Notes under the pieces: model-generated
The model's database searches: none
Told to the model about the DNA's origin: nothing
Seen by the model: the letters and a program-made list of their open reading frames with translations, nothing else
Shown here: in pieces, positions 1-10,129 of the stretch
Position numbering within the stretch: the stretch's first letter is position 1
How the letters are laid out: every line of letters begins with the position of its first letter
Position numbers and translations under genes: made by a program
Assembly (NCBI GenBank): GCA_965238005.1
Contig: OZ250165.1
Location: 3,040,001 to 3,104,000 of the forward strand
Direction of reading: 5' to 3'
Length of the DNA stretch: 64,000 nt
Source of the DNA: Longimicrobiales bacterium
Lineage (GTDB): Bacteria; Gemmatimonadota; Gemmatimonadetes; Longimicrobiales; Gaopeijiaceae

Positions 1-657
1 CTTCTGGACGTTCTCCTGGGCGAAGAGGCCCCGTCGCAGTGGGTGGCCCCGTTCAAGGAGTTCCAGGAAAGGCGGCTGGCGCTGCTCGATGATCATCCCG
101 AGGTGTCCGACACGATGTGGCAGGGTGATCTCATCAGGGGGCTGGCTTCCGCAGTACCCTCAGAGACCATCGTCGTCACCGATGTCGGGGCCCACAAGTT
201 CCTCTTCGGACAGTTTTGGCCGAGCCGACACCCCCAGACCTTCTGGATGTCGAACGGCCTCTCGGGCATGGCGTACGGGTTGGGTGCCGCTATCGGGGCC
301 AAGCTCGCCCGACCCGACGCTCCGGTCCTGGCGGCCGTGGGTGACGGTGGCTTCTCCATGAACTGTCAGGAACTCGAGACGGCCGTCCGTGTGGGTGCGC
401 CCTTCGTGACGGTGGTCCTCGAAGACGCCAGCTACGGGCTCATCAAGATGGCGCAGGACCGTCGCAAGCTCGACCTGTACAGAACCGAGTTCCGGCCCAT
501 CGACTCTGTGAAGATCGCCGAGGCGTGCGGCGTGGCCGGGCTACGGACCACGGATCCCGACCGGATGTCCGCCGCCGTGGTGGAAGCGCTCTCCCGTAAC
601 GAAAGTCTCGTGGTAGAGGTGCCGGTGGACTACACGCACTATCGAAGGCTTTTCTAG
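1..657 (+). CDS. Thiamine pyrophosphate-dependent enzyme (acetolactate synthase large-subunit-like), C-terminal part; 5' end outside window
   Basis: Frame open from base 1; TDVGAH, SNGLSGMAYGLGAAIGAKLA and TPP-binding GDGGFSMN...LEDASYG motifs. Confidence 0.9.
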   Translation, partial: LLDVLLGEEAPSQWVAPFKEFQERRLALLDDHPEVSDTMWQGDLIRGLASAVPSETIVVTDVGAHKFLFGQFWPSRHPQTFWMSNGLSGMAYGLGAAIGAKLARPDAPVLAAVGDGGFSMNCQELETAVRVGAPFVTVVLEDASYGLIKMAQDRRKLDLYRTEFRPIDSVKIAEACGVAGLRTTDPDRMSAAVVEALSRNESLVVEVPVDYTHYRRLF

Positions 658-1016
658 GCGACTCTCTGCACGATGAAGTCGGGAACGGTTCTGTGGAAGC
701 GAACATCGTCGTAGTAGCCGAGGCGAACCAGGTTGTAGAAACGATCGGCGCCGATGGGCGCCCAGCCCCGGACTACTTCGATCACGAGGTCGCCGGCGCT
801 CGTCTCGAAGCGGGCCAGGAGCGTATCGGGGGCGGCTTCGCTCCAAACCGGAAGATCGGGATCGAGTAGTACGTCCCGTCGAGAGGCTTCGGCAATGGCA
901 CCAGAGGCGCCGCGCGGCATCGGGGGCTCTTCCTGGTCGGCGCTTCCACCGCAGCTGGACGCACACACCAGGGTCGCCGCCACGAAGGCGAAGTAAGGAG
1001 CACCTTTGGTCAGCAT
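654..1016 (-). pseudogene. Truncated cyclophilin-type peptidyl-prolyl isomerase (lipoprotein-like N-terminus)
   Basis: ARFETSAGDLVIEV..WAPIGADRFYNLVRLGYYDDVRFHRTVPDFIVQ is the cyclophilin N-half; ORF stops 3 codons later and the rest of the domain is absent. Confidence 0.8.
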
Positions 1017-1228
1017 TGCTTTACGCCCGAATCGACGGTGGGTTTGGGTCATTCTGCCGAGCCACGGCGACCTGTCCAGGTATCGCGCACTCGAATCGAC
1101 GTGTTCAGGAGGGCGTTCGACAGCACGGGTCGGGGTGTGCCGGTCGGTCGGCCGATCGTGTTGCATTCGGCTGCTATGAGGGTTAAGAGATGGAGCGCCC
1201 AATACAGTGAGGAGCGCCCGATACGTCT

Positions 1229-2206
1229 ATGGCCTCGTTGAAACGTCCCGCCCTCTACGTAGCCGCGGCATTGGTCGTCTTCGTGATCGTCGCTATGCCA
1301 CCCAGGGGCACCTCCACGGCGGATTTTCCCGACCCGCGACGCGAGGTGCGGCACGTCATCCCGTGGCGGGCCGGTGGAGGCACGGATGCCGCGATGCGGG
1401 GCTTCGCCCAGTATTTCGAGGAGCACCTGGGCGTTCCCGTCATCACCGAGAACATCTCCGGTGGCTTGAGCTCCGTGGGTCTCCTCACGGTGAAGAGGGC
1501 AGCGCCCGATGGATACACGGTCGGGACCATGACCTACGATGTTCTCACGGTGGGTTTCCTCGACCTCGCTCCGATCGAGTGGTCGGAATTCGAGCCTGTC
1601 TGCACCGTCACGGACCATCCGACCGCGATCATCGCCCGCGCCGACGAATACGCGGATCTCGAGGCCTTCGGCGCCGAAGCGCTCGCCAGGCCTGGTGGGA
1701 TCCGTACGGGCAATGCCGGTGCCCAGGGAGTATGGCACCAACACGCCGTGGCGTTGGAAAACGAGATGGGCGTTCGGTTGCGCCACGTGCCCTATGAGGC
1801 CAGCTCCGGCCTTCTCAGTGCCATCCTCGGGGGTGAGGTAGAGATCGTGGTCGCGAGCTTGCCGGCCTTCCGATCGTACCTGGAGGATGGCACGCTGCGG
1901 GCTCTGGCCGTCATGGCGAAAGAGCGCGATCCGCTCGTTCCCGACGTCCCGACCTTCAGGGAGCATGGCTTCGATCTGGAGTATGGTAGCTTCCGAGTTC
2001 TTGTGGCACCGCCGGAGACACCTGAGACCGTGCTCTCTGATCTCGAGAGAGCCTGCCGCGCGGCTTGGGAGGATCCTGGCTTCCAGGAGTGGGCCGTGAC
2101 GGCCGCGATCGGGGCGGTGTGGAGGGATCGCGAACAGACGACCGCCTACCTCGCAGCGTTGGCGCCCAGGGTGGGACAGCTGATGGTAGACCTCGGAATG
2201 CGCTGA
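1229..2206 (+). CDS. tctC: Tripartite tricarboxylate transporter substrate-binding protein (Bug/TctC family)
   Basis: VIPWRAGGGTD, ENISGG, AAPDGYT, HVPY, PDVPTFRE motifs; N-terminal signal; precedes tctB/tctA. Confidence 0.92.
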   Translation: MASLKRPALYVAAALVVFVIVAMPPRGTSTADFPDPRREVRHVIPWRAGGGTDAAMRGFAQYFEEHLGVPVITENISGGLSSVGLLTVKRAAPDGYTVGTMTYDVLTVGFLDLAPIEWSEFEPVCTVTDHPTAIIARADEYADLEAFGAEALARPGGIRTGNAGAQGVWHQHAVALENEMGVRLRHVPYEASSGLLSAILGGEVEIVVASLPAFRSYLEDGTLRALAVMAKERDPLVPDVPTFREHGFDLEYGSFRVLVAPPETPETVLSDLERACRAAWEDPGFQEWAVTAAIGAVWRDREQTTAYLAALAPRVGQLMVDLGMR

Positions 2207-2258
2207 GCCTCTCGGGAGGCGAGCGATACCAAGTGAGCAGTCGGGAAGGAAGGTCCAG

Positions 2259-2756
2259 ATAGTCCACCGCGATGTCGCCTCCGGCGGAACCCTCATCGTC
2301 GTTTCGGTTGCCTACTTCGTCGGCACGCTGGGAATGCCGGCCAGCCAGGCGGAGCCGGGCCCCGCGTTTCTCCCCAGGATCCTGTCGGCGGCCCTTCTCC
2401 TACTCGGCTTCGTGACTCTGGTCGCGGGGATACGGTCGAAGCGGACAGAGGGAGACCGTACGGGCGAGACCGTGACGCTACCGGGGCCGGAGCTTCAGCC
2501 CGAGTCCGAGCCAGGGCTGGATCCGGACATCGATAGGGTATGGGCGGCGGTAGGGGTCACCTTCATGTACGTGTGGCTCTTCGAGCCCCTCGGGTTCGTG
2601 CTCAGCACACTCGCGTACACGTTCGGTGTCACGGTCCTGTTCCGGAGAGACCACTCCAAGCTCCTTTTTGTGGTTCCCCTTTTGTGCACCCTCGCCATCT
2701 ACCTGTTCTTTCGGGTGGGGCTGGGAGCGCGCTTGCCGGTCGGTCCTTTTGGATAG
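2259..2756 (+). CDS. tctB: TctB small membrane subunit (start uncertain; first ATG at 2334 would omit TM1)
   Basis: GPAFLPRIL, LFEPLGFVLST, FRVGLGARLPVG; in-frame upstream RDVASGGTLIVVSVAYF helix. Confidence 0.8.
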   Translation: MVHRDVASGGTLIVVSVAYFVGTLGMPASQAEPGPAFLPRILSAALLLLGFVTLVAGIRSKRTEGDRTGETVTLPGPELQPESEPGLDPDIDRVWAAVGVTFMYVWLFEPLGFVLSTLAYTFGVTVLFRRDHSKLLFVVPLLCTLAIYLFFRVGLGARLPVGPFG

Positions 2757-2792
2757 GGGGCGTCCGGCCTCCATCCGAGTGGGGGGATTCCG

Positions 2793-4280
2793 TTGACGCT
2801 GGCGACCTGGCTCGATCCCACGCTCCTTGCCGCGCTTCTCGGTGGCACGTTCCTCGGGATCGTCGTCGGGGCAGTGCCAGGCCTGACGGCAACCCTCGCC
2901 ATCGCGCTTCTGCTCCCCGTCACGTTTCACCTGTCCGCGACCACCGCCATCGTCATGATGACCGGGATATTCACCGGAGGGATCTATGGTGGGTCCATCG
3001 CCGCGATAACCGTGCGGATCCCCGGGACTCCGGCCAGCGCCATGACCATGCTCGACGGGAACGTCATGGCGAGGGAGGGGCGGGCGGAGGCCGCCATCGG
3101 GCTCGCTACGTTCAGCTCGTTCGTCGGCGGAATCACCGGTGGTGTCGTGCTGGTCTTGTTTGCCCCCCAGTTGGCGCGGATGGCTCTCACGTTCCAGTCC
3201 CCAGAGATGTTCTCTCTGGTGCTCCTGGCTCTGGTAGCCATCGCTACCGCCACTCAGGGCTCCCTCGTAAAGAGCATTGCGGCCACCGTGGTTGGTCTGA
3301 TGCTGTCCACCGTGGGGATCGATCCGCTGCTCCCTGCTCCTCGCTTCACACTCGGATCCGTGGATTTTTTGGTGGGGGTTCCGCTGTTGCCGGTCGTGAT
3401 CGGGCTATTTGCCGTGGCCGAGCTCTTCCGTCAGGTCGGGCGGCCGGTCGTGGCTCCCGGGGAGGCGGCTCCGATACGCTTCGACCGCGTGTTCGCTTTT
3501 TGGCCCGAGGCCAGGAAAGCGGGATGGAAGGTTTTCGGAAAGAGCTCGGCGATCGGCACGCTGGTGGGAGCACTGCCGGGTGCGGGCGCCGCCATGGCGG
3601 CGTTTCTGGCCTACTCGGAGGCCAAACGATCCTCCGGGCGACCGGATCGGTTCGGAACGGGGATCCCTGAGGGCCTCGTCGCGCCGGAGGCCGCAAACAA
3701 CGCCATGACCGGTGGCGCATTCATTCCCATGCTGGCGTTCGGTATACCCGGAGACGCGGTCACCGCCGTCATCTTGGGCGGGCTGACGATGCATGGGATC
3801 GTACCGGGTCCGCAGCTCTTCAACGAGAGTGCGGATCTGATCGCTCCGCTCTTCGGCGCCTACTTCCTAAGCTACTTCGTGATCCTCGGCTTGGGGCTGC
3901 TCCTTCTGCCTGTATATGCCCAAATCGCCTCCGTAGATCGAGCCATTCTGTTTCCTGTGATCGGTGCTGTGGCGATCGTGGCGGCCTTCGTTGCGGAGAG
4001 AACCGCTTTCGCCATGTACCTGACGGTTGCGATCGGCGTACTCGGGTATGTCTCCCAGCGTTACGGATATCCGGTCATCCCGGTCCTCATGGGCCTGATC
4101 CTCGGACCCATGCTGGAGTCCAATCTGCGGCGGGCACTGATCCTGTCGGAGGGAGACCCCATGATCTTCTTCACCTCACCCGTGAGCGCCGTCCTGCTCT
4201 TGATCTCCGCGCTATTCTCGGCCTACTTCGGCTACCTCGCGGTGCGGCGTACCCGTGGGGACCCGAGGCTCTCGGGCTAG
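2793..4280 (+). CDS. tctA: TctA large permease
   Basis: GAVPGLTATLAIALLLP, YGGSIAAI..RIPGTPAS, APEAANNA, LAFGIPGD motifs. Confidence 0.95.
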   Translation: MTLATWLDPTLLAALLGGTFLGIVVGAVPGLTATLAIALLLPVTFHLSATTAIVMMTGIFTGGIYGGSIAAITVRIPGTPASAMTMLDGNVMAREGRAEAAIGLATFSSFVGGITGGVVLVLFAPQLARMALTFQSPEMFSLVLLALVAIATATQGSLVKSIAATVVGLMLSTVGIDPLLPAPRFTLGSVDFLVGVPLLPVVIGLFAVAELFRQVGRPVVAPGEAAPIRFDRVFAFWPEARKAGWKVFGKSSAIGTLVGALPGAGAAMAAFLAYSEAKRSSGRPDRFGTGIPEGLVAPEAANNAMTGGAFIPMLAFGIPGDAVTAVILGGLTMHGIVPGPQLFNESADLIAPLFGAYFLSYFVILGLGLLLLPVYAQIASVDRAILFPVIGAVAIVAAFVAERTAFAMYLTVAIGVLGYVSQRYGYPVIPVLMGLILGPMLESNLRRALILSEGDPMIFFTSPVSAVLLLISALFSAYFGYLAVRRTRGDPRLSG

Positions 4281-4304
4281 TCGTCGGGGGCCTCCACCCT
4301 CATT

Positions 4305-4875
4305 TTGCCTTTCCGGCATCCTAGCCCGGACAAGATGCGAGCGCTCCAGGAGCGGCTTCGATCGGGCGAGCAGGCGGGCGCACGCCTCCATCGGTCCGGG
4401 CCGTACTTCGGATCGGCCAGGGTGGGGTGGGACCCTGACTTCACGGCGGAGGACATCCACCGACAAGTGGACGCGTTGGTCGCCGAGGGCGTCGCGGGAT
4501 TCAAGGCCAAAACGATCACGGCACCCCATCTCGAGGCGCTGATCGAACGGGCCCACCATCACGGGCTGACCGTGACCGGCCATCTTGGCTCGGGCTTCAG
4601 GAATTCGGTGAACCCGCGTGACGCCGTGAACTTGGGGATCGACCGCATCGAGCACTTCATGGGCGGTGACGCCATGCCGGCGGATCGCTCGGCCTATGCC
4701 TCGCTGGTCGAGATGACCTCCGACATGCCGGAGTTCGCGCGCGTCATGAAGCTGTACCTCGAGAAGGGCGCCAACTACGACGCCACGCTCAGCGCGTACG
4801 GATACTCGGGGGGGACGCGACCCCGAGGTCTACGACTACTTCGTCGATGAGCTGAGCTACCTGACTCCCTTCGCA
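4305..4875 (+). pseudogene. Internal fragment of an amidohydrolase-family protein with frameshift
   Basis: SGPYFG, AHHHGLTVTGHL, GIDRIEHF; frameshift in G-run near 4810 continues as RDPEVYDYFVDELSYLTPF; no N- or C-terminus. Confidence 0.7.
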
Positions 4876-4877
4876 CA

Positions 4878-5234
4878 TGGCTGGCCGTGCATGAGGACGG
4901 GACGGCGACCTTCTACGTCGGGAAGACCGACGGGGGCCAGGGCACCGGAACCGCCTTCCGCCGGCTGATGTGCGACGAGTTGGACATCGCCTTCGAGAAG
5001 AGCACGCTGGTCATGGGCCGAACCGACCTGACGGTCGATCAGGGTGGGTCGGATGCGATCGAACGCGACGCCTGGGCCGCTCGCCGGGTGGCCGCAGAAG
5101 CCCGCCGCGTCCTGCTGGAGATGGCGTCCGAGCGGTTCGGCGTACTGGTGGACGGGCTTGCCGTCAGCGAAGGAGTGATCTCCATACGGCGCGATCCCTC
5201 CAGGCAGGTCACGTACGAGGCTGCCGGTGTCTAG
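4878..5234 (+). pseudogene. Fragment of xanthine dehydrogenase / isoquinoline 1-oxidoreductase-type molybdopterin-binding subunit
   Basis: WLAVHEDGTATFYVGKTDGGQGTGTA...DELD...RRVAAEARRVLLEMASERFGV; about 120 aa of a normally ~700 aa protein. Confidence 0.75.
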
Positions 5235-5246
5235 TTGTGGGCGAGC

Positions 5247-6521
5247 CTAGCGTCCGCCAACCGTCGCCCCGGTCAGCTGCGAGAGCGCCGCCAAGGTCGT
5301 CTGGCCGGCATTGAGCCCGAGCCTGAAGTCATCATCAGTAAACGTCGTCCACACGTCGAGCGGCGTGTGCCAGGTCGGATTCCACCCGCCCCCGGTCTGG
5401 GCGCCGCGCTCGTTTTCCCGCAAGCTGATCGACGGCACGATATCCATGAACGGGCCTGAATCCGTGTTGGTCATATGGGGGCCGACCGCAGCCGGGTAGT
5501 CGGTGTTGTAGGCGTCGGCGGCCGCCTTGAAGACAAAGGCGAGCTTCATCGATGCTTCAGCCAGTTCGGAATTCGACTGGAATTCGATGTTGACGTCGGC
5601 TTCAGGGCGCTGATCGCGGCTCACCGTGCCGTCGGCGCGCGGCGCTCCGTGATCCCAAAGCATCATGTCGTGCTGGATCATGCCGAGCCACGTGGGCTCG
5701 GGATACTGGCCGGATCCCGCTGGGCTCTCAATCCCTTGGAGCTCCTGCCGCTGGGCGATGTAGGCACGGGCGCCGTTCGTGCCGGTCTCCTCGTTGTTCC
5801 ACAGCGCGAAACGGATCGACACCTCAGTCTCCACGTCGGGAGCGTTGAAGACGCGCGCCAACTCCATGACCAGAGCGGTACCCGAGCCGTCGTCGTTGAC
5901 CGCTTCGTTGACACCGTGGCCGTCCATGTGGCCGCCGACGATGTACATCTGGTCGGGCTGCGTCGTGCCGATTTTGGTGCAATAGACTTCGGTACGCTCG
6001 CCGTTCACCGGCTCTTCGCGATTGAGCTCGCGGATGCGCTCGTCGGGTTGGGCGTCGAGGTCGCGGTTGACGCCGGTAGGCGCGCGGTAGCCGAAGACGG
6101 AGCTGCCCCCGGGACCGCTACCGTTACGGCCAACTAGGCCGCCCGTGGGTATCGTCAGGTCGGGCGTCGTCGTGGAGCCGCCACGCCCACGGCCCCGATT
6201 CCGGGGCGCTGGATCGTACTCGTACGTGATACGCTCTGTGTTGGTGCAGCCGAACGCCTGGAGCTGCGCCTCGATCCATTCGACCGCGTCACGGTTACGT
6301 TGCGTCCCCTGGCGACGGTCACCGAACTGGGTCAGTCCTTTGAGCGTCGTCTTGTAGTTGTCGAGCGTCAGGCGGCTGACGAGAACCTGAGTCGATTCGT
6401 CTTGGGCGTCCTGCACTCGTGTGGCGGTCGCCAGCGTCGATGCAGCGACGCCACCGGTGGCGAATGCGCCGGTATAAAGGAGCGTGAACGTTGCGGCGAT
6501 TAGTGGAACTCTGGTGCACAT
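5247..6521 (-). CDS. M28 family metallopeptidase, secreted
   Basis: IVGGHMD, AVNDDGSGTA, LWNNEETG, QHDMM, TDS..F, WHTPLD motifs; signal peptide. Confidence 0.9.
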   Translation of the reverse strand: MCTRVPLIAATFTLLYTGAFATGGVAASTLATATRVQDAQDESTQVLVSRLTLDNYKTTLKGLTQFGDRRQGTQRNRDAVEWIEAQLQAFGCTNTERITYEYDPAPRNRGRGRGGSTTTPDLTIPTGGLVGRNGSGPGGSSVFGYRAPTGVNRDLDAQPDERIRELNREEPVNGERTEVYCTKIGTTQPDQMYIVGGHMDGHGVNEAVNDDGSGTALVMELARVFNAPDVETEVSIRFALWNNEETGTNGARAYIAQRQELQGIESPAGSGQYPEPTWLGMIQHDMMLWDHGAPRADGTVSRDQRPEADVNIEFQSNSELAEASMKLAFVFKAAADAYNTDYPAAVGPHMTNTDSGPFMDIVPSISLRENERGAQTGGGWNPTWHTPLDVWTTFTDDDFRLGLNAGQTTLAALSQLTGATVGGR

Positions 6522-7359
6522 GGCCAGGCCTCAGGGGAGCGTCCAGCGTTTGGGAGTATTGAACCGATCAGACCATACCTGCCCGCGTCCGCCAGGACAA
6601 CTCGGGAGGAAGGCGAAAGTCGCAGATCTTACTGGCGTCGTGGAGCGGACCGGCCGACGCCCGACGTAGCGATGGCGAACGGGAGACGATCAAGGTTGTG
6701 TGCCGGGAGTTGGGCCTCAGCGAGAGGCTCACTTGGACTAGCTCGGAGAGGAGAAGTCCTACGGCAGACCCGAGCTGTTGGAGCTCTGCGACGATATCTG
6801 GGACTAGGACCCTCAGGTGACACGGATCTCCATATCTGTGATGTTCCAAACCTCAGCCTAGTCGGAAGGTCTGAATTGCCAGCAGGTCTACTCGGCCGCG
6901 GCCAAGTTGTTCTCGGCCAGCCCGCAGCATTATGGACTCCGCTTGTTGCAGGGTCCACAGCGCTCACCTTGCAGCTCGCGCTGTGGATCACCATCGTCCT
7001 CGCGCAGCAGAGCCGAGGCGCCGGTAGGGTCTCGAAGAAGCGGAGTTCCTTCAACTCCTCCTCGATGTCAGAAACGATATCGACACTCAGTTCCAGCTTT
7101 GGCTAACGATCACGTAGGGGCAGCTTCTGTAAAATGATAACCGTCGTCCTGGCTTCTCTCACTCTCTCATCGCTGTTCGTCCAGGATCAGCAGGCCCCTG
7201 ATGGTACGGTCCGGATCGGATCGTCTTCGGACGCCACCTCCGGCGGCCAGTTCGTCCACGAAGACTTCGATCCGGACTTCGGGGTCAACTCCGGGTTACG
7301 GTCGAGCGAGCCTCCTCCCCCACCGCCACCCTGGGGGACGACCTCGCTCCCGACTACGT

Positions 7360-7467
7360 GACGAGCGGATGCGTGGATGGGCAAGGGATGCCGAACGGAT
7401 CCGACCCCGCGTCGGGGACGGCAGGTCCGTGGTGCGTCGGTCTATGTCTCAGTCTGGCCGCGACTGA
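7360..7467 (-). mobile_element. Remnant of the 3' (ori-side) region of an IS91/ISCR-like element
   Basis: Clear similarity to 10241-10374 (cggatgcgtggatgggcaa...gtcggggacggc...ctcagtctggc.gcgactga), including the last transposase codons QSRPD* vs QSQPD*. Confidence 0.7.
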
Positions 7468-7645
7468 CGAGGACCGAATGCCCGAGCTAAGCTAACAAAC
7501 CCCAGGATTGCTAATTGACACAAGAATCCGGACAGGCCCTGTCTTTCGACCAGCATGACTTGTTCTTCTCCGTCCACTTCCTGCGAGCGCACCTCGACGA
7601 TTTCATTGGCGCGGGCCTGCACGGTGCGACCGCTCCTATTAATTC

Positions 7646-7728
7646 GGACCCGGAGGCATATTGGTTCGACATCATCGTCGGGAATCCTCCGTGGCTCGTA
7701 TATCGGAAGGACCCGGAGGCATATTGGT
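7646..7728. repeat. Exact 20-bp direct repeat (GGACCCGGAGGCATATTGGT) flanking a 43-bp insert
   Basis: Copies at 7646-7665 and 7709-7728. Confidence 0.95.
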
Positions 7729-9912
7729 CATAAGAAAGTTGGTGCGAAGATCGTAGAGATGATATTGTGTGTTTTTACCTTCCCGTAATCCGTGGTTCCG
7801 GTTTGGATATGACATCATGGTAAATCGTTTTTTATGTGACACCAGCTCATTGATCAAAGCCTCAAAACTTTGATAATGTACATTTGAATCACCCGTCCCA
7901 TGGATGATGAGCAATTTGCCTTTAAGCTGGTGTGCCCAGGTGATGGGAGAACCGTTTATGTACCCATCCTCATTATCTTCAAGCAGCCCCATGTACCTTT
8001 CCTGGTATCCAGGGTGATAATACCTCTGGTTGCTTACGAAAGATGACGGCATGGCGAGACTATACAGATCCGGATACCTGAAAATCAGGTTAAGGCTCAT
8101 CTGGCCTCCGCCACTATGCCCGTATATCCCGATCCTTTCAGGATCGATGTAAGGCCTTGTTTCAAGGATTTTCCTGGTAGCTGCTGCCTGGTCGTGAGCG
8201 GCCAATATACCCAACTGACCATCAATGGCTTTTCGCCATGCCCTGCCGCGGGGAGCCGGAGTGCCACGATTGTCCACGCTCATGATCACATACCCTTGCT
8301 GTGCAAGCATTTGGTGCCACAAATACTGTGTCTCGCTGCGCCACCTGTCGAGCACGGTCTGTCCGGCGGGCTCGCCGTAGATGTAGTAAAGGAGCGGGTA
8401 TTTCTTACTTGGATCCATATCGGGAGGTTTTATGTAATACCCATCAATTTCAACGCCTCCGCCGATGTCAACCCTGAAAAATTCCGTGGGGTTCTTTCTG
8501 ACAATGTTCAGTTTTTCTTTCAGCTCTTTATTATCCTCCAGCACCTTAACGGTGGAGTGATCGGCTAAACGAATGAAGTCATAAACGGGAGGGGTGTCAA
8601 AAGTAGAATAGTTGTGGACCGCCCATTTCATATCGGGTGAAATCTGATACGAATGTGTTCCGTTTAGCGAGGCAGGCGTAATTCTTTCCTGCCTACCACC
8701 CGGGCTGAGAGATGTCCTGTAAAGGTATCGCTGACCGGGATTATCTGGCGACGCCATATAATACAACCACCCGTTTTCGTCATCAATTCCGCTAATGCTA
8801 ATGACGTCGAATTCGCCGGGAGTCAGTTGGCCAATTTCCTCACCTGCGCGAGTATAGACATAAGCGTGCTTCCATCCGTCCCGTTCACTAAGCCAGATGA
8901 ATCTGCTTTTGTCCTCATTCCATGTAAAGCTATTTTCTAGCCACGCATCGTCTGATTCGGTGAGGATGGTTTTGAGATTACCTGTTGAAGTCTCAGCCAG
9001 TACGACCCTGACCTTGTCACGAGTTCTGTTGGAAATCTGAAGAAGAAGTTCTTCGCTGTTGCCTGCCCAATCGGAAACCCGTAAGTAATCGTCACTACTA
9101 AGCCCGGGTATGTCCAGCCAGCTGATCTCTCCGCTTGACAACTCTACAATACCGACTCGGGAAGAAGCCCTTTTTTGCCCTACCTTGACATAAGGGAATT
9201 CGATGATCTTTGGGTACAGTGTCTCAGTATTGTTGATCATATAATAAGTCAGAACATCAGATATGTCCGTTTCGACAAAGGCGATGTAGCGGCCATCCGG
9301 GCTCCAGTAGTAGTTGCTGCCCCTCCCCCAGTCCCCGGCATAACGTTTTTTACTTCCCGTATCGGTCAGTTGATAAATTTTGAAACTCGTAAGGTCCTGA
9401 ACATATATATTATGATCCATCATGTAACACACCATCTTGCCATCAGGGGAGAATTTGACTCCTCTGAGTGACTGTGACGGCACATCTCCTCCTATTTTTA
9501 TCCAGGTCCACAACCCGATGTCCATGACCCAATAATCGGCTTTGTTTCCGCCCCAAACCTCCCGGGTCGAATTGATAGAGGTAAGTAACCTGTTGCGGTT
9601 TTCAGAAAAGCTATAGGAGGTAAGAGGCGTTGACGTGCCCGGAATGATCAGCCTTTGAGCGGGCACCAATACCTTTTTGATCCCTGTTTCCGGATCGTAT
9701 TGCACGATGTCCCGTCCATCTTCCATGGATGCCTCGAGCACCGTGTAACTTCCGTCATCACGCCATCTGACAGGCCCAAAGGACTTAGACGAGAATTCGT
9801 TGCTGAAGATCCTGTCAAGGGTTAGAAGAGAGGGATCGTCACTCTGGCCATAGCAAGGCACGCCAAATATGAAGAAGATAAAGACAAGCGGATTCTTTAA
9901 ATAATATCTCAT
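7672..9912 (-). CDS. S9B dipeptidyl peptidase IV-like serine peptidase, AT-richer than flanks
   Basis: DPP-IV beta-propeller (FSPDG, WSPDG), GHSGGG nucleophile, HGTGDSNVH, YPNRNH; signal peptide. Confidence 0.95.
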   Translation of the reverse strand: MRYYLKNPLVFIFFIFGVPCYGQSDDPSLLTLDRIFSNEFSSKSFGPVRWRDDGSYTVLEASMEDGRDIVQYDPETGIKKVLVPAQRLIIPGTSTPLTSYSFSENRNRLLTSINSTREVWGGNKADYWVMDIGLWTWIKIGGDVPSQSLRGVKFSPDGKMVCYMMDHNIYVQDLTSFKIYQLTDTGSKKRYAGDWGRGSNYYWSPDGRYIAFVETDISDVLTYYMINNTETLYPKIIEFPYVKVGQKRASSRVGIVELSSGEISWLDIPGLSSDDYLRVSDWAGNSEELLLQISNRTRDKVRVVLAETSTGNLKTILTESDDAWLENSFTWNEDKSRFIWLSERDGWKHAYVYTRAGEEIGQLTPGEFDVISISGIDDENGWLYYMASPDNPGQRYLYRTSLSPGGRQERITPASLNGTHSYQISPDMKWAVHNYSTFDTPPVYDFIRLADHSTVKVLEDNKELKEKLNIVRKNPTEFFRVDIGGGVEIDGYYIKPPDMDPSKKYPLLYYIYGEPAGQTVLDRWRSETQYLWHQMLAQQGYVIMSVDNRGTPAPRGRAWRKAIDGQLGILAAHDQAAATRKILETRPYIDPERIGIYGHSGGGQMSLNLIFRYPDLYSLAMPSSFVSNQRYYHPGYQERYMGLLEDNEDGYINGSPITWAHQLKGKLLIIHGTGDSNVHYQSFEALINELVSHKKRFTMMSYPNRNHGLREGKNTQYHLYDLRTNFLMTNMPPGPSDIRATEDSRR

Positions 9913-10129
9913 GGCATTGGGGCCTAAGGGATGTGGCGACATGCGGAAACCTCCGGTTGCTGGAGTAATCACGCCTGAATTGTTGAAAGCCTCATCTACC
10001 CGACGTTTCCCATTTGGAATTGCCTGGAACCACTCCAGGCTCGGAATGGTGCCTATTGTAATGACATGCGCCCCCCCGTGTCTAGCGCGTCGGAATTTTC
10101 CCCATTTTTTTGACTGCCAGCCCCAATAG

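Noticed and set aside
6600..7361. Possible degraded genes (TerB-like ERETIKVVCRELGL; 75-aa ORF at 7134)
   Set aside because: Stops in all plausible frames and no convincing family motif.
7646..7728. CRISPR array
   Set aside because: Only two 20-bp copies, derived from peptidase coding sequence, with no cas genes or leader; kept only as an insertion scar.
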